From an uncultured Clostridia bacterium (lineage in GTDB: Bacteria > Bacillota > Clostridia > Oscillospirales > Ruminococcaceae), in NCBI GenBank assembly GCA_944386475.1, contig CALXBH010000004.1, positions 1-64,000 of the forward strand: a stretch of DNA of 64,000 bases. Direction: 5' to 3'. This document shows, piece after piece, positions 17,124-26,912 of the stretch. The notes beneath the pieces were generated by a model. It searched no databases. It was not told the origin of the DNA and saw nothing but the letters and a program-made list of their open reading frames with translations. Position numbers and translations under genes: made by a program. The stretch's first letter is position 1. The number at the start of each line of letters is the position of its first letter.

Positions 17124-19262
17124 TTGGAAATCATGGAACTAGCGGACAGAAAAAACAGTGTTTACGTCAACCGGGAGCTTAGTTGGCTGAAATTCAACCT
17201 CCGGGTGCTGGAGGAATCGGAAGATCCCAACGTTCCTCTGTTTGAACGGCTGCGGTTTGTGTCCATCTTCGCCAGCAATCTGGACGAATTTTACATGGTA
17301 CGGGTGGGGAGCCTGTATGACCAGCTGGTGCTCAACAAGCAGGTATTGGACAGCAAGACGGGTATGTCCAGCAAAGAACAGCTGGCCGCCATCTTTGACC
17401 AGACCAAGCTGATCCTCCCCAGAAAGGATCAGGCTTATGCCCACATCATTGCGGAGATGGGGGAGTATCATGTTGCGCAGGTGGATCCCAACAATTTAAG
17501 CGATGAGGATTACGAGTTTTTAAGCGCCTATTTTGAAAAAGAGGTGCTTCCCTTAACCTCTCCTCAAATCATCGACAAGCACCATCCCTTTCCCTTTTTA
17601 AAAAGCAAGGAGCTTTATATCGGCGTGCACATTGCCGGGAAAAACGAAAACACCGTGCGGCTTGGAATCATTCCCGCCAGCGGCAGCTTCAGCCGGGTGG
17701 TGTTTCTTCCCTCCCGGGACGGCATCCGCTTTATGCTGGTGGAGGATCTGTTGTGCCTGTTTGCCGACCGCATCTTTTTAAAGCATAAAATTCAGGATAA
17801 AACCATCTTCCGCATCACCCGCAACGCCGACCTGAATGTGGAGGATTCCACCTATGATTTTGACCTGGATTACCGGGAGGCCATGACCGAGCTTTTAAAA
17901 AAGCGCAAAAAGCTGGCTCCGGTTCGGCTGGAGCTGTTAAACGCCATTAACGTCAATATGATGAACTATTTGTGCGAGCACTTAGAGCTCTCCCACGAGC
18001 AGGTGTTTGTCAACCGTTCCCCCTTGGATTTCTCCTTTATGTCCGCCCTGGAGGGAAAACTCCAAAAGGAAAAGGATCTGTTCTTTAAGCCGGTCAGCCC
18101 CCAGAAATCCCCCTACATCAACCCCGACGAGGCGATGATCCCCCAGATCCAGCGGCGGGATCTGCTGCTTCATTATCCATACAACAGCTTTGACCCGTTT
18201 ATCCGGCTGCTGAATGAAGCGGCGGAGGATCCCAAGGTGGTTTCAATCCAGATCACCCTCTACCGGGTGGCCAAGGATTCCAAGGTGGTCAACGCCCTGA
18301 TTAAGGCGGCGGAAAACGGCAAAGAGGTCAAGGCGGTGGTGGAGCTTCGGGCCCGCTTTGACGAGGAAAACAACATCGACTGGTCCAAGCAGATGGAGGA
18401 AGCCGGCGTCAATGTGATGTACGGCCTGGACGAATACAAAGTCCACTCCAAGCTGCTGCTGATCACCCGGAAGTCCGGCAACCACATTGAATACATCACC
18501 CAGATCGGTACCGGCAACTACAACGAAAAAACCGCCAAGCTTTACACCGACCTGTGCCTGATGACCGCCAACAAAGAGATCGGCGCGGACGCCTCGGTGG
18601 TGTTTAACAGCCTGTTTATGGGCAACATGGTGGAGTCCAGCGAGCATCTTTTGGTAGCGCCCCTTTGCTTTAAAAGCAAGATCATCGAGCTGATCGACAA
18701 CGAGATCGCCTTTGCCAAGCAGGGCCAGCCCGCCAGCATCCAGCTGAAGATGAATTCGGTCAGCGACCGGGTGCTCATCGACAAACTGATTGAAGCCTCC
18801 AAAGCGGGGGTGGAGGTCAAGATGGTGGTGCGGGGAATCCTCTGTATGCGCACCGGCGTGGAGGGTGAAACCGAAAACATCCAGGCCATCAGCATTGTAG
18901 GCCGCTTTTTGGAACACAGCCGCATTTACGTCTTCGGTGTAGGCGACCGGCAGAAGATCTATATCGCCTCCGCCGACTTTATGACCCGAAACACCGAACG
19001 CCGGGTAGAGGTGGCCGCTCCTATCTATGACGAACGGCTGAAAGAGGAGCTTCTCTCGATCCTGGATGTTTTGTTCCGGGATAACGTCAAAGCCCGCATC
19101 CAGCTTCCTGACGGCAGCTACACCTACCGCCGGAACAACCAGGAGCCGTTAGACGCCCAGGCGTATTTTTACCGGAAGGCCTACGAGCAGGCCAAGGAGC
19201 GCTTTTATACAGCGCCCCAGAAAAAGAAATTCCATTTCCCGTTTTTTCACAAAGACCGGTAA
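17124..19262 (+). CDS. ppk: Polyphosphate kinase 1
   Basis: 712 aa. N-terminal NRELSWLKFNLRVLEE, two PLD-like HKD domains (VHSKLLLI; EHSRIYVFG). Canonical PPK1 architecture. Confidence 0.9.
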   Translation: MEIMELADRKNSVYVNRELSWLKFNLRVLEESEDPNVPLFERLRFVSIFASNLDEFYMVRVGSLYDQLVLNKQVLDSKTGMSSKEQLAAIFDQTKLILPRKDQAYAHIIAEMGEYHVAQVDPNNLSDEDYEFLSAYFEKEVLPLTSPQIIDKHHPFPFLKSKELYIGVHIAGKNENTVRLGIIPASGSFSRVVFLPSRDGIRFMLVEDLLCLFADRIFLKHKIQDKTIFRITRNADLNVEDSTYDFDLDYREAMTELLKKRKKLAPVRLELLNAINVNMMNYLCEHLELSHEQVFVNRSPLDFSFMSALEGKLQKEKDLFFKPVSPQKSPYINPDEAMIPQIQRRDLLLHYPYNSFDPFIRLLNEAAEDPKVVSIQITLYRVAKDSKVVNALIKAAENGKEVKAVVELRARFDEENNIDWSKQMEEAGVNVMYGLDEYKVHSKLLLITRKSGNHIEYITQIGTGNYNEKTAKLYTDLCLMTANKEIGADASVVFNSLFMGNMVESSEHLLVAPLCFKSKIIELIDNEIAFAKQGQPASIQLKMNSVSDRVLIDKLIEASKAGVEVKMVVRGILCMRTGVEGETENIQAISIVGRFLEHSRIYVFGVGDRQKIYIASADFMTRNTERRVEVAAPIYDERLKEELLSILDVLFRDNVKARIQLPDGSYTYRRNNQEPLDAQAYFYRKAYEQAKERFYTAPQKKKFHFPFFHKDR

Positions 19263-19273
19263 TTCCCATAACA

Positions 19274-19311
19274 AAAACGTCCCGCGGACCTAAAGTCCGC
19301 GGGACGTTTTT
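19274..19311. terminator. Bidirectional terminator between convergent ppk and GH115-like genes
   Basis: AAAAACGTCCCGCGGAC-ctaaa-GTCCGCGGGACGTTTTT, a perfect 16-bp stem with A/T tracts on both sides. Confidence 0.7.
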
Positions 19312-19338
19312 CTATGTCCTGAAGCCTAACATTTTGGC

Positions 19339-22300
19339 TCAGGCTTTTTTCCGCCGGAAAAGAAGCACTGCCCCTCCGCCTGCGGCGAGGATCGCTACTG
19401 TGAGCATCGTCGCCCAGGGCAGTTCGCCGGTGGTGGGATTCTCTGTGCCGCCGGAACCGCCGGGCGTCTGGGTATCATCCTGGCCGCCGGGGGTCTGGGT
19501 GTCGTCTCCGCCCGGAGTTTCATTATCCCCGGGGGTCTCGTTGCCGCCGGGGGTCTCGTTGCCGCCGGGGGTGTTATCCCCGCCGGAGGGCTCGGAATCC
19601 GTATCGCCCGGCTGGTCATCGCCGCCGGGGTTATCGTCCGAAGACGTGCTGTCATCCTTTACGGTGATCGTGATGGAATCGGATACGGGGGCCAGGTAAT
19701 TGTTATCCGCCGCTTTGGTGACGGTGATGGTGGCCTCGCCCGCTCCCACAAGGGTGACAACGCCGTTTTGATCCACCGCAGCCACGGCGGTGTCGCTGCT
19801 CTCCCAGGTGGCCGCACCGGAGCCGCTGCCGCCGGTGGCGGTCAGGGTGACCGTGCCGTCAGACAGCTGACAGGTCATATCCTCCTGCTCGATGGCGATA
19901 GCCTGCTGGGCTGCCTTTTCTACCGTCACGGTAACAGAGTCGGAGGCAACACCGTCGCTGGCGGTAATTACCGCTTCGCCCGCTCCCACAATGGCCACGG
20001 TTCCGTTTTCATCCACTGTCACAACATGGGTGTCCGAGCTTTCCCAGTTAACCGTTCCCTGTGCGTCGGAGACGGTGAGGGTAAAGCCCTCGTCCCCGAA
20101 GGTGACCGTCCGGTCGCCGCCGTTAATGGTCAAGTCGGCCTGCTCGCCGTTCTCGACCATCCGGCGCTCGCTTTCCTCGGGGCCCCAGCCGGTAAAATAG
20201 GATTTGCCGCTCTGGGTGGTCAGGTAGATCCGGTGGGAGACAATGCCGTCCTCTCTGGCCCAGATGTTTAAGGTGTGGACACCGGGCTCATCCACCGTGA
20301 TGGTCCAGCGGGATTCACTCTTCTCCCAGCGCATATTTCCTTCGTGGGTGGCGTAGTTGGTGTGGCACTGCCACTCGCCGTCCAGCCCCACATGGTAGGA
20401 GTCGGAATCGTCGATGGGATGGCTGGACAGGGTATGGATATAATAGGTGCCCGCCGTCTGGAAATTGATCTTAAAGTTAAGCTGGGGTGCGTATTCCGAA
20501 AGCTTTTCGCTGTTGTGGGCCGCCGTGGCCGAGGTCGTACCCGCCAGCCACTGGGTTCCCATATCCGGCTGCACCGTCATGGCGTTGCCGCCGTCGTTCA
20601 TCCGCCAGTAGTGGGTGGAGCAGTCTTCAAAGTTTGCATACTCGGACTGTTCCATCGCCGAGGCGATGTCGATGATGACCTCGCCGTTTTGCTCCAAAAA
20701 CTCCGCCGGACGCTGGCTTGTGTCCTCGGACACCATAACCATTACATAGCGCACCAGCAGCGGATTTTCTTCCGATACAATCTCTAATACGCCCTTGCCT
20801 TCCGCCGTGCCGGTGACCGACGCCGTACCGTCGGCATTGACCTGAAGGCTGATGGCCTCGTCATCCGAGGCGATGCTCCAGCTGACAGCCCTGTCGGCGC
20901 TCAGCGGCAGCTCCTGATCGGGAGCGATCATCACATAATCGGTGACCTCAGTTTCCTCCTCACCCTGATACACGGTGATGGTCTCAGGCTCTGCCTGTTC
21001 TGCCAGCTGGGGCAGAGAGGATTCCAACGGCGCCTCGTAGGAGATGGTGTTATAGCTCTCCGGCGGGCCCAGATAGGAGGTGCGCTCCCCGCCGGTGTTA
21101 ATGACGATCCGGTCAAAGGCCATGCCCGCATCCGACTGATAAACCACCAGGGTGTGGACGCCCGGCTCGTCAATGGTGATATTGAAAGTGAGTTTTTCTA
21201 TATTTTCCAGCGTACCCCGAATCCAGGGTTCCTCTACATTTACCGCCGTGCTGATACCCCGCAGCAGGGTGGGCTCTTCGCCCTCCAGGCCGATGGCGGT
21301 GCGGCAGGTCTTGCGCACCCCTTCATCGGTGTTGCCCTCGTTTAAGGTGGGGATACGGTAGAAGGTGCCGGTAAAGGTGCCGGTGGATTCAAAGTAGATG
21401 TCGTATTTTAACTGGGCGGAATTTTCCGCGAAGTTGCTGTCAATCCGGGGAGAGATGTCCGGGTAGACCTTCACGGAATCCCCGCTTCTGCCCCAGTTTT
21501 CGATTACTTTCCACTCGCTGCCGTTTTTAGCGACGCTTTCGGTATAATGCTCCGCTTCGATGGCCACATAGCCGTTGGCCTCCGCGTAGGTCCTCTCCCC
21601 CAATTGGGCGGTGGATTTAAACGCGGTGAGCTGGAAGGTCTTGCTGAAGCCCTTATCGTCCTTCACGGTGATGGTGCCGGTGTTTTCCCCGTCGGCAGCT
21701 TTATCCCAGTCAATGCCGATCCAGATCCGGTCTTCCACCTCTACGGTGCCGGAGGTCTTGGAGGGCACGATAAAGTCGTCGCTTACCTCGATGGTCCAGT
21801 TGTTGGCGGCCGCCTCCCGGCTGTAGATATCGATAAACCGGCGGCTGTCCTGCAAGGAAGAAAACTCCAGGGTGATGTTGTCGGTGGGAAGGCTCTGCCC
21901 CTCGCACACCGCGCCGATGCCGGCTACCTGGTCGCTTTCATCCACGGTGGCAAACGTCCGCAGGCCCACCATGGTGGGGATGTTTTTCACATAAGGATTG
22001 ATGATCCCATCCCACTTGCCGTCCTGCATGACCTTGTTGTAGTAGATTCGGTCGTTTACCATATTATTGTACGCCTGGGTGGACAGATCTTCATATTTTT
22101 CCACGCTGGCGTAGCGGCCTTGTTCTGCATAGAGCTGGTTTTTCTGCCAGTAGATGTTCATCGCCAGATTAAAGGCGCTTCCCCGGATGGGATAATACAC
22201 CATCTGGTAGAAGGCGTCCTTGCGGTCCGCGTCCAGATTGTTGTAGATCGCTTCTGCCCGCTCGACCAGCGCGTTTAGCTGATCCACCCGGATCTGGCCC

Positions 22301-24042
22301 TCGTCGCCGTTGCTCACCACGCTGTACGGCTCATCAGGGTTGGAATCCTCATACCCCTGAAATTCCGGACGCTTGGCGATGTTGTACTGATAGTACTTGG
22401 TCATAATATCGGCAATGTCCGCCGCGGTGGCGTCGTCCACCAAAAAGTCCCGCTTGGCAATCTTCTCAACATAGGTGTGGATATTGGTGTCGTCGTACTG
22501 ATCGATATCCCACGCCATCTCCATCATAAACTCCAAGGATATCTCGGAGGGCTTGATATCGCCTACGTTGAGGATCCAGTATTCCTGCATGCCGGTGTCA
22601 TAAGCCTTGCGCAGCTCCTCATACATCTGCACCAAAGGCGTGGTGTTCAGCCACAGATAACTTGTATGATCCACGCCCCAGTAGGAGACATGGTAATAAA
22701 CGCCGGAGCCGCCGCTGCGCTCCCGTTCCGCATCGGTGGGAACCTGACGCAGGTAACCGTGGTTATCTTCCGCCCACATCAGGATGACGTCGTCCGGGAT
22801 CTGCACACCCGGTGTGTTTTCGTTGCCGTTATAAAATTCCGCCGCCTCTTTGTAGGGGATAAAGGCCTGGGGGATTTCCTCGGCGGGTTTACCCAGCACG
22901 TCGCTTAAAATCTCCCGCTGGACGTTGATGACTTCCTGCAAAACCGCGATCTTGTCCGCCAGGGTGGGATTGGTCAGCCCCCCGAACTCCATGCCCGAGT
23001 CGTGGATACCCCGCATACCGATGTTCCAGATCGCCTCAAAATCCTTGTTTTTCTCCACCCGCTCCCGCCAGTAGGCTTGCAGAGCCTCGGGGTTGATGGT
23101 GTAGTCATAAACGGGAACGCCGTTTGCATCGTACTGATCCCGATGGGCGTTGGCCCACCGGCTCCACTCCCCTTCATTGTTGCGTAAAAGCATCTCGCAG
23201 TGGGAAGCGCCCATGACGATGCCGTAGCTGTCGGCCAGCTTCGCGTTGATGGAGATCCCGTTTTCGTCCTCGTACAGGTTGAACGCGTCGCTGTAGTTGT
23301 GCATGGCGGGCCACAGGGTGTTGGCCTTTAAGCGCAGCAAAAGCTCAAACACCTTTTCATAGGCCCCTGCGTTGGGAGAGCCGGGGGTCTGTTCGTCCTT
23401 AAACTGCTCCGCCCAGGTGGTGAAGTTGCGTTCGTCGTTGATAAAGATGCCACGGTATTTTACCGAAGGCTCCCCTTCCACTTTCAGGGGGTCAGACAGT
23501 AAAATCTCATCCTGCACCTTTGGGGTCACGTCCGCCCACCAGTAATAGGGGGATACGCCGATCTGCTCGGAGACGTCATAGATCCCGTAGATGGTCCCCC
23601 GCTTGTCGCTGCCCGCGATGACCAGCGCCTCCGCCACACCGTCCACCGGGTTTTCTACCCGCTTGATGACGTAGGACTCCCACTTGCCGGTGATGTCCTT
23701 AGCCTCATCCAGCTTTCCGTCTTCCATCAGCTGTTTAATCACCGGACTCTGTTCGATCGAGCCCACAATGACGGCGTATTCGCTTAAATCCTCCGTGGAG
23801 TTTTCCACAGAAGGAGTCGTTTCGGTCACCCGGTTGACGTCCTCCTGCAAGTCTCCCGCCGCCCGGATGATCTGAGGATAATCCTCGTCCGAAACAAAGA
23901 TGTCCGCCGCCGTTCCCTCATAAAACAGCGGAAAACCCTCTTCGCTGGCGGAAGCGGTGGACAAAGCGCCTAACGGCACCGTCGTGGCGATCATCGCCGT
24001 AGCTAAAATCGCCGATACCAGCCTTCGCATGTTTGCACCCAT
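19339..24042 (-). CDS. Giant (1567 aa) secreted glycoside hydrolase, GH115-like (putative xylan alpha-1,2-glucuronidase), with C-terminal tandem Ig-like (Big_2) domains, a Gly/Pro/Thr-rich linker and a sortase-type sorting signal (NPTTG + TM + RRKK)
   Basis: Signal peptide MGANMRRLVSAILATAMIATTVPLGALSTASA. The block SDKRGTIYGIYDVSEQIGVSPYYWWADV matches the recalled GH115 N-terminal signature. C-terminal Big_2-like repeats (VVTVDENGTVAIVGAGEAVITAS; AVAAVDQNGVVTLVGAGEATITVT). Linker PGGNETPGGNETPGDNETPGG. Ends ENPTTGELPWATMLTVAILAAGGGAVLLFRRKKA. Confidence 0.75.
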   Translation of the reverse strand: MGANMRRLVSAILATAMIATTVPLGALSTASASEEGFPLFYEGTAADIFVSDEDYPQIIRAAGDLQEDVNRVTETTPSVENSTEDLSEYAVIVGSIEQSPVIKQLMEDGKLDEAKDITGKWESYVIKRVENPVDGVAEALVIAGSDKRGTIYGIYDVSEQIGVSPYYWWADVTPKVQDEILLSDPLKVEGEPSVKYRGIFINDERNFTTWAEQFKDEQTPGSPNAGAYEKVFELLLRLKANTLWPAMHNYSDAFNLYEDENGISINAKLADSYGIVMGASHCEMLLRNNEGEWSRWANAHRDQYDANGVPVYDYTINPEALQAYWRERVEKNKDFEAIWNIGMRGIHDSGMEFGGLTNPTLADKIAVLQEVINVQREILSDVLGKPAEEIPQAFIPYKEAAEFYNGNENTPGVQIPDDVILMWAEDNHGYLRQVPTDAERERSGGSGVYYHVSYWGVDHTSYLWLNTTPLVQMYEELRKAYDTGMQEYWILNVGDIKPSEISLEFMMEMAWDIDQYDDTNIHTYVEKIAKRDFLVDDATAADIADIMTKYYQYNIAKRPEFQGYEDSNPDEPYSVVSNGDEGQIRVDQLNALVERAEAIYNNLDADRKDAFYQMVYYPIRGSAFNLAMNIYWQKNQLYAEQGRYASVEKYEDLSTQAYNNMVNDRIYYNKVMQDGKWDGIINPYVKNIPTMVGLRTFATVDESDQVAGIGAVCEGQSLPTDNITLEFSSLQDSRRFIDIYSREAAANNWTIEVSDDFIVPSKTSGTVEVEDRIWIGIDWDKAADGENTGTITVKDDKGFSKTFQLTAFKSTAQLGERTYAEANGYVAIEAEHYTESVAKNGSEWKVIENWGRSGDSVKVYPDISPRIDSNFAENSAQLKYDIYFESTGTFTGTFYRIPTLNEGNTDEGVRKTCRTAIGLEGEEPTLLRGISTAVNVEEPWIRGTLENIEKLTFNITIDEPGVHTLVVYQSDAGMAFDRIVINTGGERTSYLGPPESYNTISYEAPLESSLPQLAEQAEPETITVYQGEEETEVTDYVMIAPDQELPLSADRAVSWSIASDDEAISLQVNADGTASVTGTAEGKGVLEIVSEENPLLVRYVMVMVSEDTSQRPAEFLEQNGEVIIDIASAMEQSEYANFEDCSTHYWRMNDGGNAMTVQPDMGTQWLAGTTSATAAHNSEKLSEYAPQLNFKINFQTAGTYYIHTLSSHPIDDSDSYHVGLDGEWQCHTNYATHEGNMRWEKSESRWTITVDEPGVHTLNIWAREDGIVSHRIYLTTQSGKSYFTGWGPEESERRMVENGEQADLTINGGDRTVTFGDEGFTLTVSDAQGTVNWESSDTHVVTVDENGTVAIVGAGEAVITASDGVASDSVTVTVEKAAQQAIAIEQEDMTCQLSDGTVTLTATGGSGSGAATWESSDTAVAAVDQNGVVTLVGAGEATITVTKAADNNYLAPVSDSITITVKDDSTSSDDNPGGDDQPGDTDSEPSGGDNTPGGNETPGGNETPGDNETPGGDDTQTPGGQDDTQTPGGSGGTENPTTGELPWATMLTVAILAAGGGAVLLFRRKKA

Positions 24043-24262
24043 CCTCTCTTATAAAATTCACAGGGCATAAGTCCCTATAGTTTCATTATATTTTAACTTT
24101 TCAGGCAATACAATTGCATAAACTATCCCTCTATATTGTAAATAGAATAGTAAATCATGTAATAATTACAACTTATATTGTAAATAAATAAAAATCGTGC
24201 TAAAATAGGGTGTGTGCATTTAATCTATATTCTTTTTTATAAATCGAAAGGAATTATATAAG

Positions 24263-25156
24263 ATGTCTATCATCTATCGTTACTCCGAGCGGACTTTTTA
24301 CTCTCATCACATACGGGACAACAATCCTGACAGCGACCGGTTCCCCCTGCACGTTCATGATGTTCATGAGTTTTGCTATTTCATTGCCGGAGGCGGCCGC
24401 TTTTTTATCGAGTCCAGCGCTTACGATCTTTATCCCGGCTGCATCCTTCTGATGCGGGCAGGGGAAGCCCACCGCCTTCAGGTGAATACCTCCATGCCCT
24501 ACGAACGGATCACCGTGGAGTTTTCCCCCTCCCTGTTCAGTGATTTTGATCTGCAAAGCCAGCTGACCGAAGCGTTTGTTAAACGCCCTGCCGGGCAGTT
24601 TAACCTGTACACCCCCGAGATGCTGGACAGGGAGCTTACCCACGCCTGCATGCGACTTTTATCCGCCCAGTTCCAGGTGATTCCCGATCAGCAAAAGCGC
24701 ATGACGATGATTGCCTGTTTATCCCCTGTCCTATTGGAGATAAACAGGGCGTTTCTGACCCGCATCAGCGCCCAGCCCTTTCAGGACGAACGGACGGTCA
24801 CCGCCGTCAGCCAGTTAATCGAATACATCAACGCCCACCTGTGTGAAAAGCTGGATTTAAACCTTTTGGCTCAGCGCTTTTTTATAAGCAAAACCCACCT
24901 GAACAATCAGTTTAAACAGGTGACCGGCTGCACCATCTGGGAATACATTATTATCAAGCGCCTGGTGCTGGCGCGAAAGTATATCCGGGACGGCATGTCC
25001 GCTGGGGAAGCCGCCCTTTCCAGCGGATGGAGCGATTATTCCTCCTTTTACCGCAGCTATAAAGCCCGGTTTGGCGTCTCTCCTTTGTCCGACAAGCAAA
25101 GCAATCTGGCAAAGCTCCGGCCGGAGTATGACATCCGCAGGGAGCTTCCGGAATAA
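24263..25156 (+). CDS. AraC family transcriptional regulator (cupin + HTH), divergent from the GH115-like gene
   Basis: N-terminal cupin (FPLHVHDVHEFCYFIAGGG) and C-terminal AraC HTH (SSGWSDYSSFYRSYKARFGVSP). Confidence 0.85.
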   Translation: MSIIYRYSERTFYSHHIRDNNPDSDRFPLHVHDVHEFCYFIAGGGRFFIESSAYDLYPGCILLMRAGEAHRLQVNTSMPYERITVEFSPSLFSDFDLQSQLTEAFVKRPAGQFNLYTPEMLDRELTHACMRLLSAQFQVIPDQQKRMTMIACLSPVLLEINRAFLTRISAQPFQDERTVTAVSQLIEYINAHLCEKLDLNLLAQRFFISKTHLNNQFKQVTGCTIWEYIIIKRLVLARKYIRDGMSAGEAALSSGWSDYSSFYRSYKARFGVSPLSDKQSNLAKLRPEYDIRRELPE

Positions 25157-25170
25157 TTTTTATCTAAGAT

Positions 25171-25212
25171 GAAAAAGGCTGCTGCAAAACTTTTGTTTTG
25201 CAGCAGCCTTTT
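25171..25212 (+). terminator. Rho-independent terminator after the AraC gene
   Basis: AAAAGGCTGCTGCAAAAC-tttt-GTTTTGCAGCAGCCTTTTGTCTTTTTCTC. Confidence 0.6.
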
Positions 25213-25420
25213 GTCTTTTTCTCACGCAGGCTGGAAGCAAAGTCAAAAATCAAAGAAAAATAAAGATATTAAAAGAAAAAACGAGATATATGGATATAGT
25301 TTCCGAAAATAATCCTTATTGGTTAAAACGGTCTTAAACCTCTATTTGAAGTTCATATGAACTTATTATATAATCGTATCAAGATCAAAAAACATCTTAC
25401 GATCTTAGGAGGTGGACGTT

Positions 25421-26011
25421 GTGCAAGTCAAGACAATCCCAGGTACCGTTTTACCCTGTAATCCGCAGATGGGGGCGGACACCTTTTCGGTGGTCTCCTC
25501 CCTTTGCAACGCGGCGGGAGGGCTCAGCCTTTCCCAGATCGCGGGCATCACAGGGTTGGAGGCCTCCACCATTCAAAACTGGGTCAAGCGGGGATGGGTC
25601 TCCCGGCCCACCGGAAAAAAGTACAGCGAACAGCAGGTGGCCCGCATCCTGCTTATCAGTGTTTTGCGGGACAGCCTGCCGCTGGAAAAGATCGCTAGTC
25701 TTTTGCAATACGTCAATGGTTCGGTAGACGACTGCGCCGATGATATCATCGACGAAGGGGAGCTCTATAACCGGCTGTGCGCCATCATTTTTGGGCTTAA
25801 CGAACAACAGCTCTCACATGATGGCATTCAGGCGGAGATAGCGCGTCACCTAAGCGACTATAAAGGGCCCAAGCTGGACTCGCGGGAATGCCTGAAAAAT
25901 GCCTTGGAGGTCATGGCGACAGCCTACCTGGCCGCCCGGCTGAAACAACGGGCGAATTCCCTGCTAAGCGTCCTGCTGGAAGCCTCCAAATCCCCGGATT
26001 TTGAGGAATAA
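25421..26011 (+). CDS. DUF1836-like HTH protein (uncharacterised, often found next to membrane-associated operons)
   Basis: The segment GLSLSQIAGITGLEASTIQNWVKRGWVSRPTGKKYSEQQVARILLISVLRDSLPLEKI matches the recalled DUF1836 pattern (HTH followed by KKYS.EQ...L). GTG start with AGGAGG 8 nt upstream. Confidence 0.5.
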   Translation: MQVKTIPGTVLPCNPQMGADTFSVVSSLCNAAGGLSLSQIAGITGLEASTIQNWVKRGWVSRPTGKKYSEQQVARILLISVLRDSLPLEKIASLLQYVNGSVDDCADDIIDEGELYNRLCAIIFGLNEQQLSHDGIQAEIARHLSDYKGPKLDSRECLKNALEVMATAYLAARLKQRANSLLSVLLEASKSPDFEE

Positions 26012-26105
26012 AGCTCGCATAAGCTTAGTAAAGGAAGGTGGCAAACATGCTGTTTTCGCTTAATAAGCCGCCGATTATCATACAGAAAGGAAGTGTGAAC
26101 AAACG

Positions 26106-26831
26106 ATGGAATGGCTGACATCCTGGTGGGACGGTATGAACCTTTTGCAGCAATGCTTCGCTGTAGTGGCTATCCCGGCGACGGTGATTTTGCTGCTGCA
26201 AACCATCCTGCTTTTGTTTGGCGTAGGCGGCGGCCATGCAGCCGACCACGGCGACTTTGCCGGCGACACGGCCTCTGCTGATACGCCGGAGGCTGGTATG
26301 GACGCCGGGGACACCACCGCTGTGGATTACTCCGCGCAGGAGGCGCCGCAAGATTTCCACGACACCGCCCATCACGCAGAGGGCCTGCGGATTTTTACCG
26401 TCCGCGGAATCGTCGCCTTTTTTGCAGTAGGCGGCTGGCTCGGCGTGGTGCTGGGTGAAACGGGAATGCCCATGTACGCCGCTATCCTGCTGGCGTTTTT
26501 GGGCGGTGTGGCCGCGCTGGTGCTGACGGCTCTGATCTTTAAGTGGAGCCTGTCTTTGCAGGACCAGGGGAACTTAAACCTTATAAACGCCGTAGGAAAA
26601 ACAGCCCAGGTGTACATCCCCATCCCGCCGGAAGGCAAGGGGACGGGCAAGGTGAACCTGACTATGCAGGACCGGTATGTGGAGCTAAGCGCCATGACTA
26701 CATCCAAGGCCGAGCTTGCCCGCGATCAGCTGGTAAAGGTGACAGGCGTGGTCAACCAGGCCACCCTGATGGTCCGTCCCATTCTGGAAGAAGGGCCCTC
26801 CAGCCCTGATTCCCCAAAAACAAATCTATAA
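26106..26831 (+). CDS. nfeD: NfeD-like membrane protein (YuaF-type, flotillin-associated)
   Basis: Several TM helices, then a C-terminal OB-fold segment (GKGTGKVNLTMQDRYVELSAMT...VKVTGVVNQATLMVRPI). Immediately upstream of a flotillin gene, as in B. subtilis yuaF-floT. Confidence 0.7.
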   Translation: MEWLTSWWDGMNLLQQCFAVVAIPATVILLLQTILLLFGVGGGHAADHGDFAGDTASADTPEAGMDAGDTTAVDYSAQEAPQDFHDTAHHAEGLRIFTVRGIVAFFAVGGWLGVVLGETGMPMYAAILLAFLGGVAALVLTALIFKWSLSLQDQGNLNLINAVGKTAQVYIPIPPEGKGTGKVNLTMQDRYVELSAMTTSKAELARDQLVKVTGVVNQATLMVRPILEEGPSSPDSPKTNL

Positions 26832-26912
26832 ACCGGATATTTTCTAAGCGGCATCCATCCGGTTAAAAAGCAAACTGCTGTCAAATATCTATCAAACGAG
26901 GAGCGTGGTTTT

